This document shows, in pieces, positions 13,401-25,279 of a stretch of DNA of 64,000 nucleotides. Position 1 is the first letter of the stretch. The number at the start of each line of letters is the position of its first letter. The position numbers and the translations under genes were made by a program. The notes beneath the pieces were generated by a model, which made no database searches, was not told where the DNA came from, and saw only the letters and a program-made list of their open reading frames with translations. This DNA is from Aplysia californica (Eukaryota): contig NW_004797279.1 in NCBI RefSeq assembly GCF_000002075.1, positions 1,222,489 through 1,286,488 on the forward strand. Direction: 5' to 3'.

Positions 13401-13912
13401 CGTGGCAGGTTAGAAAATGTCACGATCTTGTTTCCAGATGGTGAATGTACCAAGTTTAACCTCTGAGCTGTGTCTGTGACACAAAAAACTGATTTAAAAA
13501 AAACCTCGATAGCATAAACAGACAAAACAAAACTTTTGTGGGGCTGTCAGTATAAAGCTTTACATGAGGCAGAGGAGCAAAGTGAAATAATATACAAAAT
13601 GAACATCTTAAAATTTAAACATGTTTCCTGTCATTAGAACTACATTTCTAGAACTGTCCAACCCTTCCTAATTAACGACAGAAACCAACAAAAATAATTT
13701 TAAAAAACAAACAAACGAACAAACAAGCAAACAAAAGCTTTTCATTCCCCATATCCCATTTCAAAAATATATACAAGTAAACAAGCAAACAAACAAAATC
13801 AAACAAACAAACAAACGACAAATCAACTGAACTAAAAAAAGGAAAACAATACTATAAAAAAAAAACTAGTCTCATCCACCGTCCCTCCACTGGCGAACCA
13901 AGCAGCGCAGTT

Positions 13913-15442
13913 ATGTCACCGACATCTCACACGGGTCTTCCCTCTGGGGTGGCGGAAGGACAGGTCCCAACAACGGCAACAGCGACAGCAGCAACAACAG
14001 CAGAGGCTGCGTGGGAGCACGCGACATCGGCCTCTTCCACGCTCTTCCCGCCACGCCACATCGACTGGCTCCCACACACAAGCGGCGCGTATGGCGGTGA
14101 CTCGCATGCCCAGGCGTTGCGCTCCGCGGGGAACCTCAGTCAGGTTGGGGTAGCACTCACGCACGGCGACTCGGCCCTCATAGACCAGGTCTTCACCCCA
14201 GAGTCACCACCTGATTTCTCTGATATTTACGACCTTTACGATTTCGACAATGTCCATTACTTCAATAGTTCCTACGCAGACTACCCGCCCTTCTACGAGC
14301 AATTGATTGATCACAGCGCCTTCAAGATGCGAGACGAGCTGTTTCGATACGCTAGTCCCGTAGTTATTGTGCTTGGGAACATTAGCAACTTGATGGCGTT
14401 ATTTGTTCTCCAAAGGAAGAAACTTCGGAGAAGTTCAGTATGTTTTTACTTGAGCGCGTACGCTGTGGCAAACCTCTGCGTGTTGGATTTCTTACTCGCT
14501 GTCGCGTGGGTTTGCTTTGTGTTTCAAAAACCTTATGTTACGTTTCTCGCTGATTGGACATGCCGATTGTGGATGTTTCTAACAAACGTCATGACTTTCA
14601 GTGGGATATGGTTTGTTGTCGTGATGAATATTGATCGTTTGATTTATCTCACTTCAAAGACGAAAGCTAAGAGCTACTGCACTGCCTTTGCAGCCAAGAC
14701 TATCGTCATATTTGTCGTCATAGGTCTCGTGGTGGTCAGCATTCATGCAATGTGGACATACGCTCTGCAACCACAGGGATGTTTCGTATCTTATCAACAG
14801 CAGGACCTTCACACAATCATATGGCCGTGGTGGTCCGCGGCAGTGTATTCTTACATTCCTTTATCTTTACTTTTAATCCTAAACATAGCGCAGGCGATAG
14901 CTATTTGCCTTCGCTGGTGTCAGTGTGTCCCGTTCGTAGAGTGTTTTCCCTGCAAGATGTGCACACCCATCAACTCCTGTACACAATACACACCGTGCGC
15001 GCGCTGTGTTCGCAGTCAACCAAACTCTCCAGACTCCTCGGGGACCACTCCAGACGATTTTGTCGTCACAGTCATGGTGGTCTCCCTTTCTTTCTTCTTG
15101 CTTACCATCCCAGCTACTGTGATCAACATACTCGACATCCATCTGCCTTCCTCCGCACTCACCGTTGATCTAATAGCGCGTATTGAACTCACGAAGAAAA
15201 TCACCGAGCTGCTCTCCACGCTGAACCGAACAGTTTTGGGCTATCTCTTATTGGCGTGCTCCAAAGATTTTCGCCACGAGTTCGTCGCTTTTTTACGTCT
15301 GATCTGCTGTTGCCTCAGGTCAAGGAGGATATTCAAAGTTTTTGAAATGCGGAATATGTCCAATTCTGAAGACAGTTCGCCCCACATACAGGTGGATTAC
15401 GAACTGTGCAATAACAATGACGAGACTGTAACTGATGTGTAA
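13913..15442 (+). CDS. Intronless rhodopsin-class (class A) GPCR, FMRFamide-receptor/GPR139-142-like orphan or chemoreceptor-like, 509 aa
   Basis: Long GC-richer ORF with 7 hydrophobic segments. TM1 PVVIVLGNISN (GN motif); TM2 YLSAYAVAN; TM3 Cys (TCRL) ending VMNIDRLIY (DRY-like); ECL2 Cys (QGCF); TM5 YSYIPLSLLLILN; TM6 FFLLTIP; TM7/helix 8 N...SKDFRHEF followed by CCC; N-glycosylation sequons NLS and NSS in the N-terminus. Confidence 0.9.
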   Translation: MSPTSHTGLPSGVAEGQVPTTATATAATTAEAAWEHATSASSTLFPPRHIDWLPHTSGAYGGDSHAQALRSAGNLSQVGVALTHGDSALIDQVFTPESPPDFSDIYDLYDFDNVHYFNSSYADYPPFYEQLIDHSAFKMRDELFRYASPVVIVLGNISNLMALFVLQRKKLRRSSVCFYLSAYAVANLCVLDFLLAVAWVCFVFQKPYVTFLADWTCRLWMFLTNVMTFSGIWFVVVMNIDRLIYLTSKTKAKSYCTAFAAKTIVIFVVIGLVVVSIHAMWTYALQPQGCFVSYQQQDLHTIIWPWWSAAVYSYIPLSLLLILNIAQAIAICLRWCQCVPFVECFPCKMCTPINSCTQYTPCARCVRSQPNSPDSSGTTPDDFVVTVMVVSLSFFLLTIPATVINILDIHLPSSALTVDLIARIELTKKITELLSTLNRTVLGYLLLACSKDFRHEFVAFLRLICCCLRSRRIFKVFEMRNMSNSEDSSPHIQVDYELCNNNDETVTDV

Positions 15443-16631
15443 AGGCAATGTTTGTTTTCCTTCTTGTTTATTTTTATTGTGCTGGACCCACTTCTTTTTA
15501 TTATCATTATTATAATACTAACTTATCATTGAACCTAATATTTGTTCTTGTCCTTTTCAAATTGCTTGTTTGTGATGAACCTAGAGAATGTTGTTGTGGA
15601 ATGACTGCCTCTTTGCTGTGAGTATGTTCATACACAAAGGTTACATTATCACGGTACACAAAATGGACTCATGACTCACTTGCCACTTGGTATCCGTAAA
15701 TATAATTAGTTGGGTCTTGTGTAAGCAATATGAACACTTAAAAAAAACACCAACAGCCATTTATGACAGATTTGTGTCCCAGTGCACTTCTAATCAGGGT
15801 AGTTACACCCTCGTTTACACTTTATGTTTGTTGCAGCACAAGTGTTACTAAAAGGTGCTCCAGGCTCTTTAGAGAGTTGATAAAAAATATATTTCTCAGA
15901 CTTCCAATCGACTGATTGTAGTAGACCTGTTTTGCATTTTGTTCATGTTTGCGACATATATCATTGTTGTTATATGTCACTGGGAGGTAGCATTAAAATG
16001 AAACAATTTTGAACATATTCGACGAATAGGCTAATGTCCCCCTATGAATTTAGAAATCAGCGCCTATTTTTAAAGCCAACTAGAACAACATAATACATAC
16101 CACGTGTTCTTCTTTCTTTTAAATAATGTACTAATAACAAACCCCAGATAAGAAATCCTCTGCGTGACATTCCAAACTTTTCAACAGGTATTCTTGATGT
16201 GACAATATCCATGCCGGAAAATGTGAGCAGTACTTTGCTATAGGAAGTCGAAAGATTTTTTTCTATACTACAGCATTAATAGTATCCATTTAATGTTAAC
16301 AACGTCACCCTGACACCCTCTCCCCCCAATCTCTTTCCCCTCTGTAGACCCGCCCATTCCTCGATATGTCAATCTATCGCTTATTTGGAAATTATTCTGC
16401 AAAAAAACAGGAGCATGGATTAATGTATTAATCACAGCGAATGTGGAATGCACCACAAAATGAATGAAAAGGACACTATATAAGATGAGCATCGTGTAAT
16501 GAAACAGTCATCACGAAAACAACCATCTTGATAAATTACGGATACATCGATAGTAAAGTCAGTGCTCTCTCTATTGCCCTGAACGATTGCTTAAGGGACA
16601 CATGAAACATTTCAGTTGGTAAGAAAGTTTT

Positions 16632-17019
16632 GAATTTAGTCCACAAAGGTATATTTAACGTGCGCAACATGCAAACGGGCCCTCCGAGATTTTTCGCCCT
16701 TGTCTGAGCAGGCTAGGTGTAGATCTTTCGTGCCATAACATCAGAGATGTGGTTGAAAGACATTTGTAAGAAGAAGCCAAGAAGTAGCAGTAGAAAGGAT
16801 ACAGAAAGAGTTAGAAGCCCAGAAGAGGGGGCAAATTAGGTGAGGGGATGGGGGCAAAAAATGGGAATGAAAGCAGACGACAGAACATTGCTAGATAGCA
16901 GTAAAGGAGGGGAAAGGAGACAATTTTAGAGAAGAAACATTTTCCATCGCTACCCTGATTCGAACCGGGGACCTTCGAAAGAAAGTCGTACAACTTAACC
17001 TCTTGGCCACGAGAGCCCC
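16632..17019 (-). mobile_element. tRNA-derived SINE, family B
   Basis: Minus strand has A box GTGGCCAAGAGG and B box GGTTCGAATC; body homologous to 6490-6935. Confidence 0.82.
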
Positions 17020-18036
17020 AACTAGTTTACTTTGACCCGACATTTATAGGAATAACAACTCTTGTTGGAACTTACAAGTAGACTTGGACACGTAATATCA
17101 TATTGCTTGTTCGTCCGTTGAAGAGACGAAATGTTCTATTTATTATCAAAACAATATTATCATCGATAAGTATATTTGGCAAACAGACATGAGGGAAACA
17201 TGCACTCTCGATGAGCCACTATCTGAAAAATCTGGTGAAGAAAACGGACAATTCAGAAACGATAAGGTCTGACTGGATAGACCCTGTTCTCCTTGTGTTT
17301 TACTGTTACTGGTTGGGGGGGGGGGGGGGGGGGGGGAGGGTTGTCTGGGAGTTTTGGTGAAAGTAAACTTGAGCCCGCAATGCAGAACTAATTTGACCTA
17401 CTTCCCACCGACCGGAACTTACGTCCTCGTGGGCTACATGTGGGTCACCGTGATGCCACATCGCTAAATCGTAGGACAATGTCACGTAGCATAAGAATGG
17501 GAAGCTCATTTGACTTTAGCTATTTCTCATCATTTAATGGAATGAATCACTGTTTATTCATCTAGAACTCAGTATACTTGTTACCAGGACAACTTTGACA
17601 TATTTAGACAAATGAGGCGGAAAACATCTGTCAATTAGCTATCCCAGTGACGCAGTAGCTGTCTTTAAAACGGTTTAAAAGCCTTGGCACTGAGCAATGC
17701 CACAAGGGTCTCTCAAGGTGTCAATCAAAGGCTGGCAGGCACGGAGTCAACGTTAATGATGCCATCCATAACGGTTTTGTATGTCAGATGGAGCGGTTTA
17801 ACTGTTGAACCGCTATGTAGCGGATGCGGCTTAGGGTGGATAGAATTGAAAGGATTGTGATATCGACCCAGTTGTACTTGTAAGGAACGGTATTCTATCC
17901 CGTGTTGATGAAGTTTTAATCCTGGAAGAGTTATAAATTAAACTATTTAAATACAGTTTCGGAACGGAACTTGTTAACTGAATATGATATTATGCTTTCT
18001 TCCCCACGAACATGAAATACTTTCTAACATTTAGAT

Positions 18037-18199
18037 CAGGTTTTTCCAACCTGGACAATCTTTATGATTTTGTGTCTCAGGAATTACTTAATGGTCTTCT
18101 TTGAAATACATGAAGGCGGTCGGGTGGTCGGTGCGAAACGTTTTAATTTTTAGAGATGGAAAAAGTTGGTGGCAGCAATAAAAAGGCTGATAGGCACTG
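18037..18199. mobile_element. Decayed hAT (Charlie-like) MITE
   Basis: Ends CAGGTTTTTCCAACCT / AGGCTGATAGGCACTG resemble the MITE at 22891; left flank ATTTAGAT. Confidence 0.4.
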
Positions 18200-19954
18200 A
18201 TGAAATGAGACCAAAGCACCTGTCCTCATTAGAACTAGACCTATACTCTAAGTTGAGGAGCTATTTCTCAATTTCTGCTTTGTTAAAATTTCATCATGAT
18301 TACTGACATATGAAATGTATGACATCATAAACTAGGAGGTTTGGACATAGCATTCTTGCTTTCCTGGGTGCTTTCTAATCACAAGTTGACGATTCGGTAG
18401 TTTTGGTGGACGGTGGGGATCACCCAAGTAGTCACAGGTGTTATTTCATGTCCTGCTTTAAAAGTACAAGTGGATATGTGTTATGAAACTGCTCTCCTCT
18501 TAAAGGCATGAAAAGCGGAGGCTGGTATTAAAGTGGTAGATGAAAATGATGACAAGCACTGCATTAAAACGTTTCACGAATAAAGTTATTCGTCACTCAA
18601 AGGTAAAATCAAGCAGTGGCCAGTTGTTGTTTGTTTGTTTGTTTTGTTTTGTTTGGGTTTTTTTATATTAGTTTGGGGGGGTTTTTTTTGGGGGGGGGGT
18701 TGGGGGGGTTGGCATATGGATTTATTTGCACAACTAGAAGTATATTATTTGTCTTGCTTTTGATGAAATAAATACTCATAAATATATAATATCTCGAAAA
18801 GAAGCCGTGTTATTTGCTACTGAAGGCGTCGGCGGTCCTCTGTTTTCATAATTTTAAAATGATCACTGAAGTCCAAACAGGAATGTGTTTTAAAATGATA
18901 TCAGAAGATGAAATTTTGGAGAGAAAAACCCAGCTTAGTCCACAAGGAAACATACTCTAGGAAAGAGGGTAAGTGGTACGAATTGAATGCAGATTAAATG
19001 TCTTTTTTATTTATTATTTAACCAACATATTTTAAGTGCAATAATAACGTGCCCGCGGTAAAACTTCTTTAAGTAAGGTTTAGCAGCAGGGGATATATAA
19101 TCTACATTTGTGTCAAGACATGATGGAAATCAGACGCTCTTCAATTTTTGACACGTGGAGATATTGGTATTATCTGATTGTTTGCTCATTTGTCTTGCTT
19201 CCAAAGAATAAAAATACCCTTCTTTTTAGAGTAGAGAATTATAGAATTTGGGGATTGCCTGGTTTCAGCAGAAAAAAAAAATGCAAGAAAATGACGTCAA
19301 AGTTTCATGATTTCCTTAGCTGAAGAGTCCTTGGAAACTAAAGAAACAAACCTTTTTTTACCTTTAATCAACGGTTTTTCAGTAATATTCTCACAGAAAT
19401 GAGTTTTTAAATGGACATAGAATATAACGAGATGAAAAACATAATTCAATTTAAAAAATGCTTAAACCTCAGGAAAATGTTGTTTGTTTGATTTCATTAT
19501 TTTGACGAGCGCCTGATTTCACAACGATGCCGCAAATAACTCACACTAATCACGTAGCATAACATTTTGTTCCTTTTAGATATATAGCAATGATTATTTC
19601 TCATGCCATTTTCTGCTGTGATTTGCTTGTAACTGTATGATTGCATCTGGACAAGATCGCGTGCCACTTCGTATTTCTTAAAAAGCAGCAAATGAGGAAT
19701 TGAATGCAATATTATTTCATTTGTTAAATAGCAGTTAATCGTGAGATGAATTACTTTAAATGCTGTTAAATGTCAGACTAATTTCGACACTGCTAAGTAT
19801 GATTACACAAATTCGGAGGAAAGAGGCACGAAGATACACGTTGTCCAAAATGCAATTCTATTTTAATTTGTCGTAGCACGATAAAATCTAGTTGGATATG
19901 TTTATAAATCATCGACATAACATCATACAATGTTATTTGAGTTCCTGAGAGATT

Positions 19955-20052
19955 CCATTCCTCAACATTCATCAGTATTCCTTGGCACATTCGTCAACAT
20001 CCATCATGGTTCCATGGCATATTCGTCAACATCCGTCATTATTTCCTTGGAG
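19955..20052 (+). repeat. ~32-bp minisatellite, 3 diverged units
   Basis: ATTC(G/C)TCAACAT..TTCC(T/A)TGG repeated three times. Confidence 0.7.
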
Positions 20053-20382
20053 AATCAAGTTTATGCGAGATGAATCTCATGATACCCCTTAGCTCATCGC
20101 CATGGCATGACATTCGGTTATAGCGAATTTTCACGAAGAAACAGCAACACATTTAAAATTCTCATTGGCTCTAATGTTGGCCTTGATTTAAAAAATAAAA
20201 AAAACATTCCCCACAAACCCAAACAATTAACGACAACAAAACATAGCAATACCTTTGGTACTCATCTATTTAAACTGAATATCCCGCTCACTAAATCAAT
20301 CCAACCTACATGTGAGCAGAGGGTAAACTAACATAGCCCCGAAAGATAACAACACCCACTAGGGTAAAAGCCTGTCAGTTGT

Positions 20383-20655
20383 GCCGTCGGTGGTCTAGTG
20401 GTTACGCTCTCGGAATTGTAGGTTCGAATCCTGTCAAAGATCTGACGTTATGTTAGTTGGAAAAGGGCTTTACAGGAATCCATAGACACCGAAACATCTT
20501 GTCAATTTGTCAGTGTTTTATTGTGTGCATTCCACAAATTACATTGTATGTTTTCCGAGTAGCCAATGATGTTTCTGTGTGTTCTAGGGTCTGCTGAGGG
20601 TAATGATGAGTGTAAAATCCATTAAGCGTGCTGAAGAACGTTGTTATGCGCTATC
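20383..20655 (+). mobile_element. tRNA-derived SINE, family A, diverged
   Basis: A box GGTGGTCTAGTGG and B box GGTTCGAATCC; body GTTCTAGGGTCTGCTGAGGGTAATG and tail GCGCTAT match the 36690-37010 copy. Confidence 0.7.
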
Positions 20656-21080
20656 GAAGGCAAAGTTCTGTCTGCCAAGTACTCAGTTTTGAGAAATTTG
20701 ATGCCAAAGTGTTACGTTTTCCAACGCTTTTTTTAATGCATTTTTTTATGTCTTGAAAACGACTCCAAATAATCATACCACTTTGATAGAGCAGATGTAT
20801 CATTTGATTTCTGACCTCATGGTCAAAGAAGCTCAAAGAGGCCAAAAAAGTCAGATAGAACTTAGGAAGTCTAAGGGACAACATTATGGAGAAGGCGAAT
20901 CGTGAAACGGCAATAGTTCATAATTTAGTTCAACTCAGAGTGCGCAGCGTCGGCGAATGTGTGCGTCTCATTAGTTGCACCTGCAGTTAATGGCACCCTG
21001 GAACAAATCCGCTACATCATTCGCGTTATATTATGAATACATAACATATACAATCATTGTGCACTCTTTCATTGCTCCCT

Positions 21081-21084
<4 letters not shown>

Positions 21085-21170
<86 letters not shown>
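21085..21170 (+). repeat. (CT)n microsatellite
   Basis: Direct reading; also at 41765-41820. Confidence 0.95.
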
Positions 21171-21173
<3 letters not shown>

Positions 21174-22890
21174 CAGTTACTGCACGATTCCTTCCCAACC
21201 CCACCCCAAGATTATCTTTATTATAATTTAAATAAGCTTTGAGTTGAAGGGAGATGGAGGCTCAATTTTTAAGATCACGATCCCACTTGAATACGTGTCT
21301 CTGCTGTAGAATGATAGAATTTGAGAAGATAGAGAGCATTATTCACTTGGTTAGAGGATGACATACGGCAAGGATCACCAAACATGTTTTCAAAGTTGGT
21401 AGGATAACCGAGAGAATGCTNNNNNNNNNNNNNNNNNNNNNNNNNNNNNNNNNNNNNNNNNNNNNNNNNNNNNNNNNNNNNNNNNNNNNNNNNNNNNNNN
21501 NNNNNNNNNNNNNNNNNNNNNNNNNNNNNNNNNNNNNNNNNNNNNNNNNNNNNNNNNNNNNNNNNNNNNNNNNTCTTAAATACATGAGGACTGCATTGCT
21601 TTCGTTATATTTCGGAGAGTATTTCCATTTTAAAAAACAAAAAAACTACTGCCCAAGCAACTTGCGTTTTTCGAATAATTCAGTCGACATTGTCCAAAAC
21701 TCATTGTCAAGGTAAACGGTAGCTGTCGTTATTATTTGGCTGCTGTAGCAGGTTCAATAATTGTATTTTACTTTAAGTAAGGTATTCACGGTGCTCGCAA
21801 CTGAAAACAAAATGTCCGTCGGAGTCAGATTGAGAATTGGAAAAAAAATTATGATTGTTTTCCTTTACTTTTAGCCCCACTAATTTAAAAGTTGTGTTAT
21901 CCATATGTCTTCCTCCGTGAAACAAACCCCAAACAAAACAATCATAAAACGTAAAAATAAGCAAAGTAAGCATAAAACGCACTGTTCAAAAGTTGAAAGA
22001 AACTACATTAACATGGCATGCTGTTGTTCGAATAGAGATGACTTTGATTTTGATTTTACATTTCGTAACCAAAGCAAATCAAATCGGAGGCGTTGTTCTC
22101 TAGTCTAAATAATCTATTCTAGATCTAGATCTAAAGCATTGCATTTTTATATTGGTGAAATATGAAAAAAGGCTTTTTAGCAACAAAAGTTGTCACAATT
22201 ACCAAAAGTCAGTTGTTCTAATTAAGTTGAAAGATAGCAGTTTAGCTGCACTTGCCAAGAAGTCACATATTATGATGACCTAATAGATCAAATGATTATT
22301 TTATTCGAGAAAAGATGTCATTTAATTGAACTGAACGTAACAGCACCATACTCTGACATAATCCCGGTTCATTATGGTGCCCTTCATTTGACTCTATTTA
22401 AAACAAAATCAAAGGCAACGTAGAAAGATTTGCATGTATACTCAACTGCATGTATAAGGGATAGCGAGACTTGGAGACTATTGTTTGGGTGCCTGTGGTG
22501 AGCGCGCTTCGCAGCGACGTTTTTATTAATTATTAGCTTTTTGCTTACTGAGGGAAAGAAGTAGAAAAGGCGAATATAGTGCGGTGAGTAATTTAAGCAC
22601 ATTTTTATATTTCACGTGTGAGATATTAGTTTAGCCCGCCTATATTTTAGGCGACGTGTGAAATATAAGGATTTTTTTACCGGAAGTGCAATGCTAAAAC
22701 AACTCCAAGCAAGGTATAAAATAATTTTATGTATGAATCGAAAAGTTTAAAGGATGAGTAAATGAGTTGATGCTGTGAAGATGAGCATCTAGGTAGAGAG
22801 TAATCCACTGCTGCTGATGTCAATGTATCTTGCTGTCTTTCATGCTCACAGAGTTCCTGTGTAATGTATTGTCTTTGCTGTTCTCTAGAT

Positions 22891-23106
22891 CAGTGCTTGA
22901 CAACCATAATAATATTGAATTTCCCCCTTGTGGACGATTTGATTGCAAGGTTGTGCAGTTGGGGGGGGGGGGCACCCAGATAGTAGCAGGTGTTATTTAA
23001 TGCTCCACAAGGAAATACATTTAAGTAGAGGGTGCGACATTTTTTGTGTTTTAAAAGGTGGCAAACGTGGGGTCTGCCTATTAAAAAAAAAGGTTAACAA
23101 GCACTG
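22891..23106. mobile_element. hAT (Charlie-like) MITE
   Basis: TIRs CAGTGCTTGACAACC / GGTTAACAAGCACTG (13/15 match). Left flank CTCTAGAT fits the nTCTAGAn target preference; right TSD not preserved. Confidence 0.65.
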
Positions 23107-24620
23107 CAAGCCATCATGTGAACGATGAATGTCTGTGTTGTTGTCTTCAATGCGGTAGAAGCTTTTGATGGTGATCCAAAAGGTGAAAATTACCTAAATG
23201 TAGACTTCCAACTGGTATGTATGAATTCATTTCATTTGTTTTTTTCTGACCTCGACATATAGATTAAAGTAAAATCTTTACCAAATCTCGCCTTTTTCTG
23301 TCGAGCAACTTGACTCGAACACTACATATTTATTTCTTTCGAACCCAATTATGCTCACATTTCACAGACTAGGACATTAATAAATAATGTTGAAATAGAG
23401 TGAAACTTCTGAAAACGACGTACTTTATGCGGTTTTCATAACGCTGCAGGACTTGATAACTTTGTTCTATAGTAGTATTTCCTTCGAGATAAAGGAACTC
23501 CTGTCATGGCCATAAATGGTGACGTTCCTTGCAATAGCCTGTCTAGCCTGTCTAGCAATACCCTACGACGCTAAAAAAGTTCCAGAGTTGGAGCTGTTCA
23601 GTCTAATAGGCGGTGTCCATTGACATTATCAGTTCTGTTCCGCCTATAAATAAATATAATGGCTATACATTCTTGAGAGTAGCTTTTCGTGCCAGTAGAA
23701 GTATGCTTTGAATAGTTGTTGATAGTATGTATGCAAGATAGAAAGCCCTTGATGATAGAAATTCTTGTCTTTCTCTGATGCTGATTGCGAGTGTTATGAG
23801 CGTGTGACTGTTTTTTTTTCTTCTATATCATTATTACAATCAATGCTTGTTGACGATTTATGGAAAGCAACATTTTTTTGAATGGCCATTGAAGAACATC
23901 TGTATAGAATGTACGGTACCATGTGAAACTTCAAGTTCTATAAATAAACATATTGCAAAAACTGTTTTACTTCTGCAAGCTGGCTTTGTAACAATCGCTT
24001 TTTTATGTTTCAAAAATTTCATCTGCAGAAAATATTCCAAAGCGGTTATTAAAACTTAAAATTCAGCCTTCTAGTATCATACATAAGCTTAATGTCCTTT
24101 CCGAAACTGTTTTAAGGTACGCAAACCTAATGTGCACTCGGGCATTCGGGCAGTATGTTACTGTTACTGTTATGATATTTGAATTGAGGTAGGATGTGGT
24201 CGATTCTTGTTTTGCCCTCCTATTAATGCATATTAGTGCTCTGTTGTCAGGATGATATGAGTATGTTCTTAACTTGACTGTAAAAGTCCGACATGCAAAT
24301 GTGTTTTTAAATGGACACAAAAACCATTCTTAGCTGTCTATACGATAATGTCAACGTCTCTGGCTGAGTTTAAAGCCTCACTATAAAATTATCTCCCTTC
24401 ACGTCCACACAACTTACGTAGTGTTCTTGGAAATTGTCATGTCGTGGGTGATTTCTATTCAAATGTAATTTTCTTGAACATCCAAAATGGCAGAATGAAG
24501 AGCATAAAAAGTCTCAACAGTATTACGTACATCCTACACATTATTAACCGTGCAGTTTTCAACACAAAGGAAAAGAATGAACAGAAAAATGAAAAACGAT
24601 TTAAAAAATATTTTTATATC

Positions 24621-24688
<68 letters not shown>

Positions 24689-24779
24689 TATAAATACACT
24701 AACAACATCAACAACAAAAACAACTACAACAATAGCAACAGCAACAACAACAACAACAAAAATAATAATACTTACTGAA

Positions 24780-24935
24780 TTATATAGCGCATATCCACGC
24801 TCTACGGCATACTCTATTCGCGTTACAACTATTATTACCTTTAGCAAACCTTAGGGCACGACTCAGAAACATTCTCAGCTTCCTGGAAATAATACAGACC
24901 AAACTGCTGGTTGCACGCGCTCCTACACTAGCACA
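24780..24935 (-). mobile_element. SINE family A, 3' half
   Basis: ATAGCGCATATCCACGCTC and GAAACATTCTCAGCTTCC match 36710-36810; tail abuts (AAT)n/(CAA)n. Confidence 0.7.
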
Positions 24936-25279
24936 CAGACATGATTTTTCTTTAAATTGAATTGAAAGATTATTTTCTGACCCTCACGAGAGTGTCTGTC
25001 GGAATATAATATTATGATCTCCATGGTGTTTTTAATGGCGAAACGTGCAAGTGATAAGACAAACTCTACGTACTCTCCAATATTCTACAATAAGTGTGGA
25101 TAACATGCTCGATTACGAGAAGGTGAATTCTAAACAGTCACTTTTCATTTTTGCATAATTTGTTTAACACGGTTACAATTTGTATTAGTAATGAACAGCT
25201 AGCCATGTATTTTGAGTCGATAAACGATATGGACCTAGACTGTAGGACCAGTTACCGAATGGACATTTTTTTTTTAAAC

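Noticed and set aside
14752-15219. Alternative-frame and antisense ORFs overlapping the GPCR (and those overlapping the RTE ORF)
   Set aside because: Shadow ORFs expected from real coding sequence.
19318-19350. CTGAAGAGTCCTTGGAAAC resembles a hammerhead ribozyme core
   Set aside because: Stem II is not properly closed and no stem I/III pairing or cleavage triplet could be built.
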